Below, one piece after another: positions 37,845 to 50,408 of a stretch of 64,000 nt of DNA. Both the position numbers and the translations under genes were made by a program. This stretch comes from Klebsormidium nitens (Eukaryota > Plantae > Klebsormidiophyceae). Under the pieces are notes generated by a model that saw nothing but the letters and a program-made list of their open reading frames with translations, made no database searches and was not told the origin of the DNA. The stretch covers positions 215,629 to 279,628 of the forward strand of contig DF236998.1 in assembly GCA_000708835.1 (NCBI GenBank), written 5' to 3'. The first letter of the stretch is position 1; each line of letters begins with the position of its first letter.

Positions 37845-38659
37845 ACGGTCCGGTCATCTCATAGTTGACAGTGATCTACATATCGCGCGCGCTTGCCGTC
37901 ACTTCTTACGATTGGTCCCGAATGCACGAAAAGCTCAGCACCCGCACCCACACCCTGCTCAAGAGCTGACTGCATGAGCTCGAGTTTTGAGCATGCATGA
38001 GCCAATTTATGTACATGCCTCACCTGCTTCGAATTAGGGCTTAACTTTTCTCAATATCACCGTTCTATACTGATCTCCGAGTTCGCCGTGCATATTGCAG
38101 GCGTGGCTCACAATATATTAATATGCCACCGGTTCAAGAGGGAAATCATACATATCTGGCAGATGATTGTGTGCTGGCCTGAGCTAGGTAACATCGACGG
38201 CGGGCAGTGTGATATGAACCTCCGTCACACAAATCTACTTAATTCTTTGGCTGCCGGTCTAGTCAGTATATGCTGCATGACGTCTCTTTTCAAAACGCCG
38301 TAGCCACATGATGCACACCGCCTGCACTTTTAATCTTCCATTGAAATTTCAGAGCAGTGACAGTGCTTGATACCATGGCACGTTGTGTCAGAGAACGTAG
38401 GTTTATTGCCCGCATACACACGGGTAGTGCAGGCTGATCCGTACTCAAAGCATACAGAGCTGACTTTTCTGACGCATTCCATCTCCTCTCATCTCCTAGT
38501 CAACGGGAACAACGTCTTGGTGCTTTCGTGCAAAAGCAGTGACAACTCAGGAAGGGCCGGCAACATTTGCACCCCTACATAATCACGATCGCACTGATGC
38601 ATAGGTTCTGAACATGCCCACGTCAACTATTTCTTTGTACGTTGGGCCCTCAAAATTTC

Positions 38660-41600
38660 CTACCCTGCCAACCCCATCCCCTTGAGCTTGTCCAGAACTT
38701 GCATCACCTTGGGGTTGCTTGCGTACTTGGCGAATGAGCTAGGATCGCTGTTCACTGTACAAGAATGGAACACGAAGTTTGCACGTGCCTGGAGGGTCAT
38801 CAACACACCTACCAAGGCCAAAGAACCATCACCTCGACAGACGCGGAAAAAGAGCGGAAAGATATGCAACCCCTGCGAATCAGAGTAGCTCGGAACAGGT
38901 TCTTGATGAGACTCAGCAACTCATTGCCTGTGTAAGGTCAGCAGCTCTACAAAGGGGGCCAGAGGCCTGTCCCATCTAGGCGACACTATCGTTGGCGCAC
39001 TTCAAAATGAGGGTGAAGAAGGCTTACTCGCGGAAAGTGCTGCCATGACCTCTGGATCCTGCATGGCTGCCATCAGCTCGGGGTCCTGCAAAGGAAAAAG
39101 AAAGTTTAAATGTCCACTTTTTCGGGTTTTAGGGTTTTAGGGTCAGGATTTTAGGGTTTGATTGTCCCTAAAGCTGCTTCTGAAGCTTGACAAACGCAGC
39201 CCCTTCCACGCACGACGTCTCGATACAGATGACCGGGATTGAAGTTTTCCTTTTGTCGACGTTAGCCTGCCACGCCTTTCCGGGCGGGCGGATAAGGGGA
39301 GTCTGATTGGATGTAGCAGAAGTGACTGACAACGGAACGTTTGACGACCGGAAAAAAAGTTTGGCAAGATCTCGCACGGCCGGTCTACAAAACAGGACGT
39401 ACCGCTCATAGTATAACCCGCTCAATCCAGGGGACGACGCATCGTCGAAAACGTTCAACAATTATTAGCTAAAAACCATCGACGCTCGTAACGCAACCCA
39501 TGCCCCATAGTCGATCAACTTCGTGTCATCAGCGCGCCTTTCTATCGGTAACATTTCGCCCGCTTTCTTAAATTGGACTTGCGCAGAACGATGCTGCAGC
39601 AAAAGGGACGCTCTCAAAGTACAATGTTCGTGGTCGTACCATTACAAGTCGAGCACCTGAACCGACTCCTGACTGTCCCCTCCCTTCAGCTATCCCACAC
39701 CTTAAAGACAAGCTTTTGCGAACCCTACGAGGCTCCTGCCGAAACCTGCATCTGCCACGTGTCCTTTCCCAACCAATCACGGAGGCTCACCTTGAACAGC
39801 TTGCTCATGTCCGGCTGTGCACCCCCGGCCCCTGGAAAGCCCCCTCCCGTTCCCCCGCCGAAACCCCCTCCTCCAAACCCGCCGCCCGCGCCACCGGCAA
39901 ATCCGCCGCCGCCGCGCGCTTCCTCCTCCTTCTTTTGCTGCTCGTATGCACGCTGCCGGGATGGTACGAGTCACGGTCTGAGATTTGGAGGCCTTCAAGA
40001 AAGTAAGTTCGTAGCTCTTTGGGACGTAAGTTTTGGTATCTTCGAGGGACGTACCTTTACGAATACCTCAGGATCCTGTTAAGCCTGATCGAAGACCCCT
40101 GTTGACCGGTTTGTGGCGGAAAGAGCGCACACGAGACCGAACGCAACCGACAAACAAGCGCCCACGAGTGCCTCGGTTCTGACAACGGCTCGTTCGCTCT
40201 CAGAAAGAGGTTGTCGCATACAGACCCTCAAGGCCGTTTGACGATTTTCCGAAATACTCGGCCTTCAAAACCTGCCTTCCGAACAGCTTTTCTCTTACAC
40301 GCTCGGCAAGACGAAGGTATCTGAATCTGCACTGCATCCAAACCTTGGGCTAAGCCGAACTCAGACCTGCGCGGCTTTCTTCCTCTTGGCCATCTCTTTG
40401 GCCTTCTTCTTGTCCTCTCGCTCCTTGGCCCGACGCTCCTTCCGCCGGTTGAAGTCGGCAATCTTCTGCGCCTTTGGCTCGACCTGCAAAGAGCAGGTTA
40501 TGGTCTCAGACCGGAGCAGTGTTGATAAACCAAGTTTGGTTTGTGGTTGGTTAAGTGCCCTTCTACCAAGCGAACCTGGGTTTATATCTGGTTCACTGCC
40601 CTTTAACCATTCTTGGTCAAGGGCAAAAGCTTCCTGTGCCCGGGGGACGTGCGACAACCGAACGAAACCCTGTGAAAGTCCTGAGTGCAAAAGACCGGCA
40701 AAGCATAACCCTGGAGACTTGCATAACACGAACCTGTGATGCATGCGAATCCCGCCAGACTCTGAGGAATGTGTAGAGTTAGAGTCCTCTTTTCAACATG
40801 AAGGAATCCTTGAGGCTACGAGCCACCCAAACAACCTCCACGACTACTATTTGCATGTCACAGCAATGGATCGTGTCCGAACGTGTGCGACTCATGAAAA
40901 TGGAGAAGAAAAGGAACACAAGCGACGAACGTATCCCCTCCCGGGGCAATTTGAATCAAAGGCACCTGCTGGTCTCGCAAACTCCCAATGCACGTATACA
41001 AAGAGCAGGAAGGGCCGAAACGGTGGCAAAGTTTCACGGCCAAGTGCAGCGCACCGTCTTGAGGAACGCGTCTGTCTCCTCGTCGAAGTCGAGCCGGGCG
41101 GCCACGCGCAGGTCTTTGGCGGCCTCCTCCCAGTGACCCAGCAACGCATGCGCCTCGCCGCGCCACTTGTACGGCCGGGCTGAGTCGGGGTTGATCTGCG
41201 GGGCCGCAATTGACGTTTAACGTCCTGTAAGAATGCTTCCCTATACATACTGAGGCTCGGAATTGCGTTTGGGATGCCCCACTTTCTGGAAGCTGCAAGC
41301 CATGCCACTTGTACGGCCGGGCTGAGTCGGGGTTGATCTGCGCGGGGACTAGGGGGCTTACGCTTCATAAGGAAAGCAAAAACAAGATTCTTTCAAGAAC
41401 AGTGTTGAACGGGTATACACCAAAGTTGGTTCCACCAAAAAAAGAGACAATTCTGAAAGGTACAAGCTTGAAACTCAATAAAAGATGCTGGAATAGGATA
41501 GGATCACCTCTTCCTGCAGGATCAAACTTGTCTAATGAGAGCAGCTTTGAGCGTCTAGGCTCATTGAATTCACTAATTGATACATATTGAGAATTTAAAG

Positions 41601-44600
41601 TGGGTCGGGAGGCGTACTTTCGTAGAATTTGAACGCTCTCCGCTTCACAATAGTAGCAATTGACATCCAACCCTTTTGTAAGAATGCTTCCCTAAATATG
41701 CTGAGGCTCGGAATTGCATTTGGACGCCACACTATCTGGAAGCCGCAAGGTTGCTATTCGGGTCATCGGACCCCCACTTCTGTTGATCTCTCATGACCTG
41801 ACCGCAATCAGGGCAAGGCAAGGAGGAACGACTCCAGGACTTCACGGCCGGCTTTAAAGGTCTTCTGGTGGACACCGAACCTGGGCACCGACGAAGTGAT
41901 TCAAACGGTTTCTACCTGTGCGCGCCCAAAAACCATTTATCCAGAATTGCTCTTGTGGAAAGCTTGTGTTTGGCTGGTCGATTGACAAGGACAGACAGTG
42001 AAACGGCAAGGTGGCTGGGACTTACGCAGTTCTACTTCTCTTCGCTTCTCAACTCCCAGCCCATGAACACTTTCGCTGTTCATAATGATTATTTTTATCG
42101 ACGGTTGTGGTAACAAACGTCTCCATCTGAGCTTTACTCCAAGCTACCACAAGGTCATCCCATGATTCCTCTCAGGAAAAGCACATGTGGTATGCGACCA
42201 CACGAGGGTGCTGCCCTTCGCTCACCTTCATCGCAGCGTTGCAGTCTCGGATGGCCGCGTTCGGCTTCTTCGCCTTGATGAAAGCGCTTGCTGCAGATTA
42301 AAAACGTCCCTTACTCTTCGAAGACTGGGCGACTGGCCTTAGGGAGGGTTTGACAATTTCTACAGGAGAATCTTGGGGTCTAGTACAGACAGGGTCTCTC
42401 TAAACAGTCATTCTGCTGACCAGAATTACCCTCCGCCGAGCTGGTCGTGATTTGTTTTACAGCACATGTAATTCCTCCCCTTGACGGCACCTCCCCCCCC
42501 CCCCTCTTCCCCCTTCCTTCCCATCCCCCCATCTAATCTGCTTGGACGATCGCCCGGGCTGCATTGAAAAAGAAGACTAAACCAAACAATCAAATGATTG
42601 ATAAAAATCGATTCGCTTTCGCTTCAGCTTCCACCTCTTGTTAGAGATAGTTCCGATCAGGCTTTGAAGTTTGCCTTCGTACCAGCTCGAGATTCTAGAA
42701 AGACCGTATCAGAGCATGAAGCATGACATTGTCGCACGCAGGTAATAAGATCTGAGGCGTTGTCTGGCGGTGCACCTACCTCTGTTGGCATACAGGATAG
42801 CGGAGGACGGGTTGCGCAGGATAGCCTCGGTGAAGTGCTCAATAGCAGTCGGCAAATCACCTGCAAAACATGTGAAGATTCGAATGGAACGAATGGATAT
42901 CGTCTGCAAAGGGCCGCCAGCTCTTAGTGTGGCCACGTGCGGACTCTAAGAAATGACGGTCAGCTTCGCCAAAGGATCACGAGACAAAATAAGAAATAAA
43001 AGCAGCTGCCGAGATTGAAGTGTACGAGCCTGCTTGACAGAAAGCAACGGACGCAATCTGGTTTTCTTCTTTTGCGAGACAGACTACTCAGGCTAGAACA
43101 GTAAAGTGTCTGAATCTCTCTTTCAACAGAATTGCAAAACATACCTATTTCTGTTCCATGAATGGTATTTCCAATATCAACTGGCTGCTCGAGTAGCTTG
43201 GAACAATTTGAACTTACCCTCGGCCATGGCTTCCATTGCTTTGCCCTTTGACGCAACTGCAGCATCGTAATCCTCCTCGGAAATCTCCTTGGATGAATCT
43301 CCCATCTGCAGAATCAGGTAAGGCAGGCTCGATTGGTGATTGGAAATGTTCTCACTGTTCAACTAAGGTGATAACCTGATTGCAAAAGCTGGCTCTCAAG
43401 TCTGCAAAGCTTTGAAGCAGTGATTCAGAATGACTAGATGCTCTGCCGTTTGGAAAATGAAAGTCGCCATTAGATTCACCTAACCAGACCTTTCCTCCCT
43501 TGCCCAATCTGCGGACCCTATATAAGAGGAAATTTCTCCATAGAATATCCGTTTGTTGATAAGAACATCTTTGTAATAACATCCTCCACTCTCCCACTAC
43601 TTTCCTGTTCCTGAGCAAGCACGACACGCTCAGACTGCCAAAAAAATCTCTCACCTTCTGAGGCTCATCATTGTCGGGCTCAATCACCCCCTCGTTGTCG
43701 TCTCCCAGGTCCAACACCTCCTCTTCTTCTTCTTCTTCCTCTTCCTCCTCCTCCTCCTCTTCTTCCTCTTCTTCTACCTCCTCGTGATTGTGACCGTGAT
43801 TACAACCAGGACCGTGAGTGTGAGAATGGGCTCCATGGGAGTGTGAATGGGCCCCGGCTCCAGCTGCAGCCGCAGGGACCTCGTCCTCCAAGGGGGGCAT
43901 GTCGTCATCGTCGTCGTCATCGTCGGTGTCATCAGCAGCGGGGGCGGGCTTCGCCTGCAGGTGAGGATCGGGTGTTGAGCAGACCAGGCGATGTCACCAC
44001 TGTAACTTGAATGATCCTCAATTTGCTTTCTCAAATCAGTGTATGAGGACGACTCAGATTTCGAGATGTGTGAAGACTGAAGCTGGCCTTCGCAACTGGG
44101 GCAACCAGTATATTGCAAAAGCTGTTGAGCAACTAAAAAGTCCGACTTCCAGTTTGATAACCAGCCTTTGAAGTCGCATGGCTTGTCAAGATCTGAAACG
44201 CGGAGAAAATCCGTCCGTGATAGGCTGGCGCCAAATCTGAGGTTCAAGCAGACCAGTTACTGAACCTAGATCGTCATTAGTGCCTGCTGAATCTCAAAGT
44301 CTGTGGAAGTGATTAATCTGTCAGCACATACCAGAAGGCAGACAATTGATGTTAGCACGACCAACAGTGTTCACCATTATATTGCACTCTTCATTAAATT
44401 GTGACGTACAAACTGAAAGGACGGTCCTCCTCGGTCCTTCATGCCCAGCAAAGGAATGCTAGGCGCAAGATTGAATATGATCAATTCAGCCACAGTGTCA
44501 AAAACCTTTGAGAAAGCGGTATGTCTGGAGGGTGCAGAGTCAATGACGATGTTCCCATCGCTTCAGCCACCAAACCCTTGAAAACGTAATGTAAAGCCTG

Positions 44601-45327
44601 AAACTGTGCCTTCTGCTTCATGTCAAATTCCAAAGTTATGTTCAGGACCTTGCGTCAATGCCTCTTCCTTTTGTGCTGGTGATGCTATAGGAACAAATGT
44701 TCAGCTCCTCCTGGCATTGCTTTTTGATAGTGTTTTCTGGAATAAAGTGACATCTCTGTTCCAGTGATCGAAGAAAGGTCACTGTCTCTAAGATTGTAGG
44801 CGATTAAGGCTACTGATTGGGGTTCATACAAAGCTGTAAAATATGCTGCCTTGAATGCGTAAAGGGATGCAATCAGTTACAGGACTAATGCATTGTCCGA
44901 GGCTTTCCTTCTACTGGACACTTATTGTTGACTTGCATGCCACCGGAAGGATAATAAGCAATCTTGACTCCTGCTTTTTCCTTAACAGACTTGCTGCAGA
45001 TGATGTCTGGACGTCAGAATCAAGATATTCTCCAAAAGCATTATGATAATGCAACAATTGCATTGATTTTCTAGCACCTCCTCCCCATCGCCCAATTCCC
45101 GAAACAATCAAAGAAAAGTTCGAGGCTTGACTCATATGACTTGCCTGCGGTGGTGGTGTGGGTACACTTTTGGTCTTGAAAGCAGCCGCTGGGAGCTTGG
45201 CCCCCAAACTTTCCAGGTACGTGCGGAAGAATGCCAGACGAGGTTCGGCCAGCAATTCAGGATGGGCGTCAACAGCTGATATAAAGTTCTTCAGCTCTGC
45301 CACCTTCTTTGCATCGAGCCCCGCCAT
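38660..45327 (-). CDS. HIP: Hsp70-interacting protein (HIP/ST13/FAM10A): dimerisation domain, acidic region, TPRs, coiled coil, Gly-rich repeats, STI1 domain
   Basis: [34 protein letters not shown]; [16 protein letters not shown]; [22 protein letters not shown]; [10 protein letters not shown]; [29 protein letters not shown]; GGGFGGGGF; [26 protein letters not shown]. About 10 exons. Confidence 0.93.
39124..39160. repeat. Interstitial telomere-like TTTTAGGG repeats (3 units) in a HIP intron
   Basis: TTTTAGGG at 39127-39134, 39135-39142 and 39149-39156. Confidence 0.8.
41158..41750 (-). repeat. Duplication of a HIP acceptor plus exon start, with a further intronic copy
   Basis: gccacttgtacggccgggctgagtcggggttgatctgcg is identical at 41162-41200 and 41304-41342. 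Intronic gtaagaatgcttcccta..ctgaggctcggaattgc..tctggaagc recurs at ~41228-41300 and ~41679-41750. Confidence 0.9.
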
Positions 45328-47241
45328 TGTGACGTTTCCTTTCAGCTCGCGTAATCAGAGTAATATTGCCCGTTCCCCAGCACAAATGTTGCGCTCTATT
45401 GGTCGCAATTCAGCGCTTGCTGGTATCTGCAAGGATGGTTTCCTTGTCTGGTCAGATTCACAGGTGACCGTGACGCACAAGCAGAGCCCAACTTTGGGAT
45501 CACGGCGCGGCTCCAGCTAGCAGCCTAGCACTCGAAAGGTTAGAACCATGTTCTTCACCGTCGATGAGAAAGTGATCAATTTGACGGCTGAGATGGCATA
45601 AGACGGTGTCCCGACCATAACTCTGGTACTCGGTGGCATTAAGCAGAAGGTTAAGGATAAGGTTATTACAGCCTGACAATGACAATGACAATGTCATTGT
45701 TTAATACAGACGGTTTAATGATAGCAAACACGCGGTTTGCCTGCTCGAACATAGTCAGGGTTGCGTTTCATACTGTGCCTGGGCCAGGCTGGGGTGTTCG
45801 ATACCAATATCGGGTTAAATCTGGAGTTTCCTCTACCTAATACGAATGCCGCCGTTGATACTCTTCTTGCCTACTATAGACTCTACGATAACCACAACAA
45901 TAACCCTCAACTACCGTAACCCCCACCCGTCCCTCGGTGGATACAAGCTCGTGCATGCCATCAAAACTTTGGCCCGCAACCGTCGGTAATATCTCAATGT
46001 TAGAATTTCCAACAAGATTGCTGACCGTAGATGTCAGAGTAGGTGAAACCGTTGCAATCAACGAGCGGTTTGAGAATGCGTCCATGCTGCTCGGTTTGTA
46101 AGCCTAGCCGCGTTTTCTCTTATATCTTATGTCAGTATTCTGTGTAGTTTTTGCAAGTGATACAAGAATCCAGGTTCAGGAGGAAATATTGGAAAGTACA
46201 TCGTACAGCAACCTTGAAATCTTTCTCTAGGCCATCGAAGGTCGACAAACTTAGCGATCGTCTGCGTAGGTAATGTTTGCATTTGTACATCTCAGGAGGG
46301 CATTCCCTCTGGAAGATTTCCGCAATGTCAAGCTCAGCCTGGAAGATCTGCGCCGTAAGCGGCGGACGCCGTTTCGAGTGCAAGAGCCGGCAGCTGCTGT
46401 TGGTCCGCTTTCAACATTTCTATATGTCTATTCCGCTGATCGATGAAGACATGCCCAATCTACTGGCTTCCTGAGCACCTTCACTCGCTGTCTTCACGCA
46501 AGCAAAGTGCAGCGCTAAATGGCGGCCAAGTTTGCTAAAATTGCGTCACCACTCCTGCTGATATCAGCTGCGAGATCAACCTCTGCTGATCAGCAGCTCA
46601 GCAGACTGGCTGCTAACATGCCTTGTACAGCTCTTTTTTATTGCGCTACCTTCTTCTGAAAAAGAATCGGGTGCACTCTGACGGCGTTCAGCAGGGCTTC
46701 ACGAACCTCATTCTCTTCCAATACCTGGTACATGACTCCAGCAAGAAGGCCTACCAAGCCAAGACTGACTTGCCTTGAACTTAGAACGTCAAGTGTTGAA
46801 ATCCTAGTGAGCTGCAGTTAGTCGCAGCTGGCTTGAGAACATGTCTTCAGCTGCAGTTTTGGCAGCCATGTCCTCAAATAGACAAGGGAGTCGGAGATGG
46901 ACAAGCATCAGAAACAGAAGTGTTGTAATTGTGAATACCTTGTTGTTCCAATCAGCCCCAAAGGTGCTTGAACCCAGCCGAGTAGGAGCCAAGACTGAAC
47001 AAGGGAAAGCTCCGGCAGCATTCATAAGCAGAGCTTCTGATTCAAAACAAAGAAAGCGGAAGCAGAAAGAAGAAGTCCTTCAGTTGCTTGCAAGAGAAAA
47101 CCTCACGCTGCCTGCAAACCAAAGCCCGTACTTCCCTATACGAACTTTCGCAGCCCTCCTCAGCATTGGTCCTCAGCTCTCCTTCCGAAACGCCAGCAGT
47201 ACCTTTAAACCACGAACTCCACCTGAGAGCGCACTCTCGCA

Positions 47242-49935
47242 ATGGCGCCCCACAAGCTGGGCACTGCGCTCGCGCTGCTGGCCCTCTGCTCACTTGCTAC
47301 GTGTCACGCCTTCAGCCTCAAGGACGTGTCAGCATTGCTGGGACAGAAGAGCACCGCTGCAAAGACATGGCAAGAGATCCACGCCGAGAAGCTAGATCCC
47401 GAGCTCGGAAGGCCAGTCTGGTGGAACGAGACCGTGATGGATGTTATGGCAGAGGAGCACGTTGGGCGGCGGTCGACCCTGGGTCTCGGCGATGCGGCGC
47501 CGGTGACTGTGACGTTTTACTCTGAGCCCAACATGGACTGCGAGACTGGTGAGCCTAGCTTGACCCTTTCAGCAGCCTGAGCTCTGTGTCTGTCTGGTGA
47601 TTGAGGGCTCTGAAATCGCTTTACATTGTACTTTTCAATATTGTTGTACAATGGAAAGGGTCCCTTGGTTCTAAGCCCCATTGTTGTAGACACTCTGTTG
47701 CCAAACAAGAGAGAGCTCGAAAGTCAGCAGCTTTGCTTCGTCAAACGTGCAAAACAGAACGCTGCCATAAGAGAAGACTGTGTTTTCTTTGAGAAGAGAC
47801 TGCAGAGTCAAAGCTGTGAAGTATTTTTTCCTTATGAACACGCTTAAATATTAAGCCTGCCTGAGTTATTCTCAGCTTGCCTGACCGTCCTTCTCAACTG
47901 ATGTACAGGCAACGGACAGTGTGGATACGGAACGGATGCCAATGGTGACACCGACTTCGTCAGAAACGCACTGTAAGCACCGATGTCTGCAAATACTCTG
48001 TGGTGGCTCTATCTTGAATCGACTTCTTCTTTTGGTAGGAGGCCTATGCGTCCTTCCAGACTAGCCAATCTACTCTGACTTGATTGGCAGCTTTCTGTGT
48101 GCTATGTTGACGGATCTCTGCCTAGCAGGACAAACCAACTCTAAGTCTCTTTAATTTGGAGCTTCATTCCTTGAAAAGACCCCTGTCTCTTGCTCTTCGA
48201 CAACCTGTTTACTAGTTAACGGATTTAACTGTATATGCCCTTCAAGGCAATTGATATTTTTTGACTGAAAGTAGACTGTTGTGTTAGCAGATTTTAGAAA
48301 CGCTCCCGAAGCAGTCAGCTTACTCTGATTAGCACCTACCTTGCTATTTCGCCCTATGCTATAGCCAAGATAAGTGCATGGGTCCCGTATCCGGTTTCCA
48401 ATCATTCTCAGCAGTTCCCCTCCTGGGAGAAGAACCCTAATGAGAACGCAGCTCTCCGATCTCAACTCCCTCAAATCCAAGGCAATCCACTAAACTAACC
48501 CCTTGTATATCCTTCTCTGCAGCTACCCCCTCCACGTGGCAGCAGGCAACATGGATTTCCTCGGCGGGTGCGGCGCGTGCGGCATCCTCACCGGCCCCAG
48601 CGGCCTCTCGCGCGGCTACGTCGTCACTGACGTCACTGACGTCATCGATGACATGGGCCCACGTGACTGGCCGCCCCAGGGCTCCCACATCGACATGTGC
48701 TGCAACCAGTTCCACGAGTTCCAGTCGCTGGACAAAGGGAAAGGCATCGACTGCAAGAACGGCGGGATCTTCACCGGCCACTGGCGAAGGTGGGGATTCC
48801 ACTCTAGTTGATTGCACTCCGCTTTCTGAAACAGCTTTTCTTACCGTGGATAGTTGTCAGAACTCCTCTTGAGTAGCGGGAGATTTTCTCGACAGCGTCA
48901 TGCGTTGCGAGACTCGGCATCAAACGCTCCTCTGTTGCAACAAGATTCTCTGGGTGTTGCGACACGAAGGATCACATGAACAGTTAAATTCAGCATCTCC
49001 TTTCGAGCAGATCTTTGTATCTCCGCTTGTTTGCTCGTCAGATCGTCGCAAAGCTTTTCGGCCCCTCTCTTCCCTGAGCTCTTGCTCAATCGAAACGTGA
49101 CGACTCTAGCCAAATCAAAATTAGCGGACGAATGTTTCTGGCTCAGCAAGATCAGAGTTAGCGTGCGAACCTTTCTGACTCAACAATCCTCTCCCGCTTC
49201 TGCAGAGTCCCCTGCCAATCATTGGGCTACCCCGACTACCCCGACAACAATGTGGTCATCCGCATTCAGGCCTGGAACCAGTACGCCAAGGCGGTGGTCC
49301 CCTCCCGGTTGAGCGGCGTGGGAGAAGTCGCCCAGGTCAGTATAAACCATTTACCGATTACGATTGTAACCCATTTGAGATAGGCCATGCCGAAGTCAGG
49401 GGAAGATATAACCAAGTCGAGATAGGTCAGTGCTCGGAGGACGGGGTTGAATGATTTCGGGGGTTAAGAGTGTAATGTGGGCATGAAAGCGGAGCGCGTT
49501 CGTTTGTAAGTAGAGTCGTTGTGAAATGAGGCCAGTCATATGCTTTTTGGAACGCCTCTTGGGAAGTGCTTACTCGGCTGTGGATTTCTGCTTTATCTGC
49601 TGATTCTGTGAGTGCTTCATCCCACTTCGAACATATATCTAAACCTGGCTTATGCCAGCATAACTTTGAGACATATGTCTGATATCTCGGTTGATGTCCA
49701 GGTTAACTTCATAACCGAGCATTCCGGGTTCCACCAAGGGCACCGGGTGGACGGATGGGGCGCCTGGTGGTCGCCCAACGCCGACCTTTCCGGGCACGGT
49801 GGAGTCGCGCTTGAGATCATCCTCAGGGACGGAAGCCGGGTTAATTTTAACAAGGGCGCGAACCCCTTCCCGCTCGGGGACTTCGCCACGTGGCAGACGG
49901 GCCAGCTGTACAACTACGAAGGCAACGCGAGCTAG
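47242..49935 (+). CDS. Secreted expansin-like protein (DPBB domain plus CBM63-like domain), 5 exons
   Basis: Exons 47242-47548, 47909-47972, 48523-48789, 49206-49335 and 49702-49935. Signal peptide MAPHKLGTALALLALCSLATCHA; TFY..GNGQCGYG; GCGAC; VTD; HIDM (HFD-like); WRRVPC; GWGAWW; WQTGQLY. Confidence 0.82.
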
Positions 49936-50345
49936 AGGGACTGAGGACAGCGCTGATGTCAATCGACCGTAGTGTAATCTAAGAAGGGATAGGTGTATTC
50001 TGAAGGGATGAAATCAAATCCGTGTTGGGTGCGACTGGTCATAGAACCGCTTAGGGATCACATAGGACCGCATGCAATCATTGGTTCGGATCATTTGTTG
50101 CAGCACACCTCGTGCTGACGGGTAGGATACGGATAGCTTACCGCCCACGACAGCCCATTCTTTACTCTGATTCTTCCCAAACGCGCGAGTAGGACGGAGG
50201 GATGACAAACGACGTAGTACGCCCGCTAGATAGGACGATATATGTACGGTCTAGGACATCGGAGCATCGCAGGATCACAGATTGGTAGTCGGAGTCTGAT
50301 TACAACATTCTTTGACTGGACAGCCGACGCATAAGTTCGTCTGGT

Positions 50346-50408
50346 AATACACAGCAGGATTCAGATATGCTGAACAAATACACAGCAGGATTCAGATATG
50401 CTGAACAA
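50346..50408. repeat. Perfect 31-bp direct tandem repeat (2 copies)
   Basis: aatacacagcaggattcagatatgctgaaca x2. Confidence 0.95.

Noticed and set aside
45760-45805. TpsiC-like ggggtgttcgatacc
   Set aside because: No cloverleaf, D-arm or anticodon arm could be built. No tRNA or rRNA gene was found in the window.
45600-46800. Protein-like fragments on the minus strand between HIP and the expansin-like gene
   Set aside because: Frequent stops and no identifiable family. Not clearly different from random sequence without a search.
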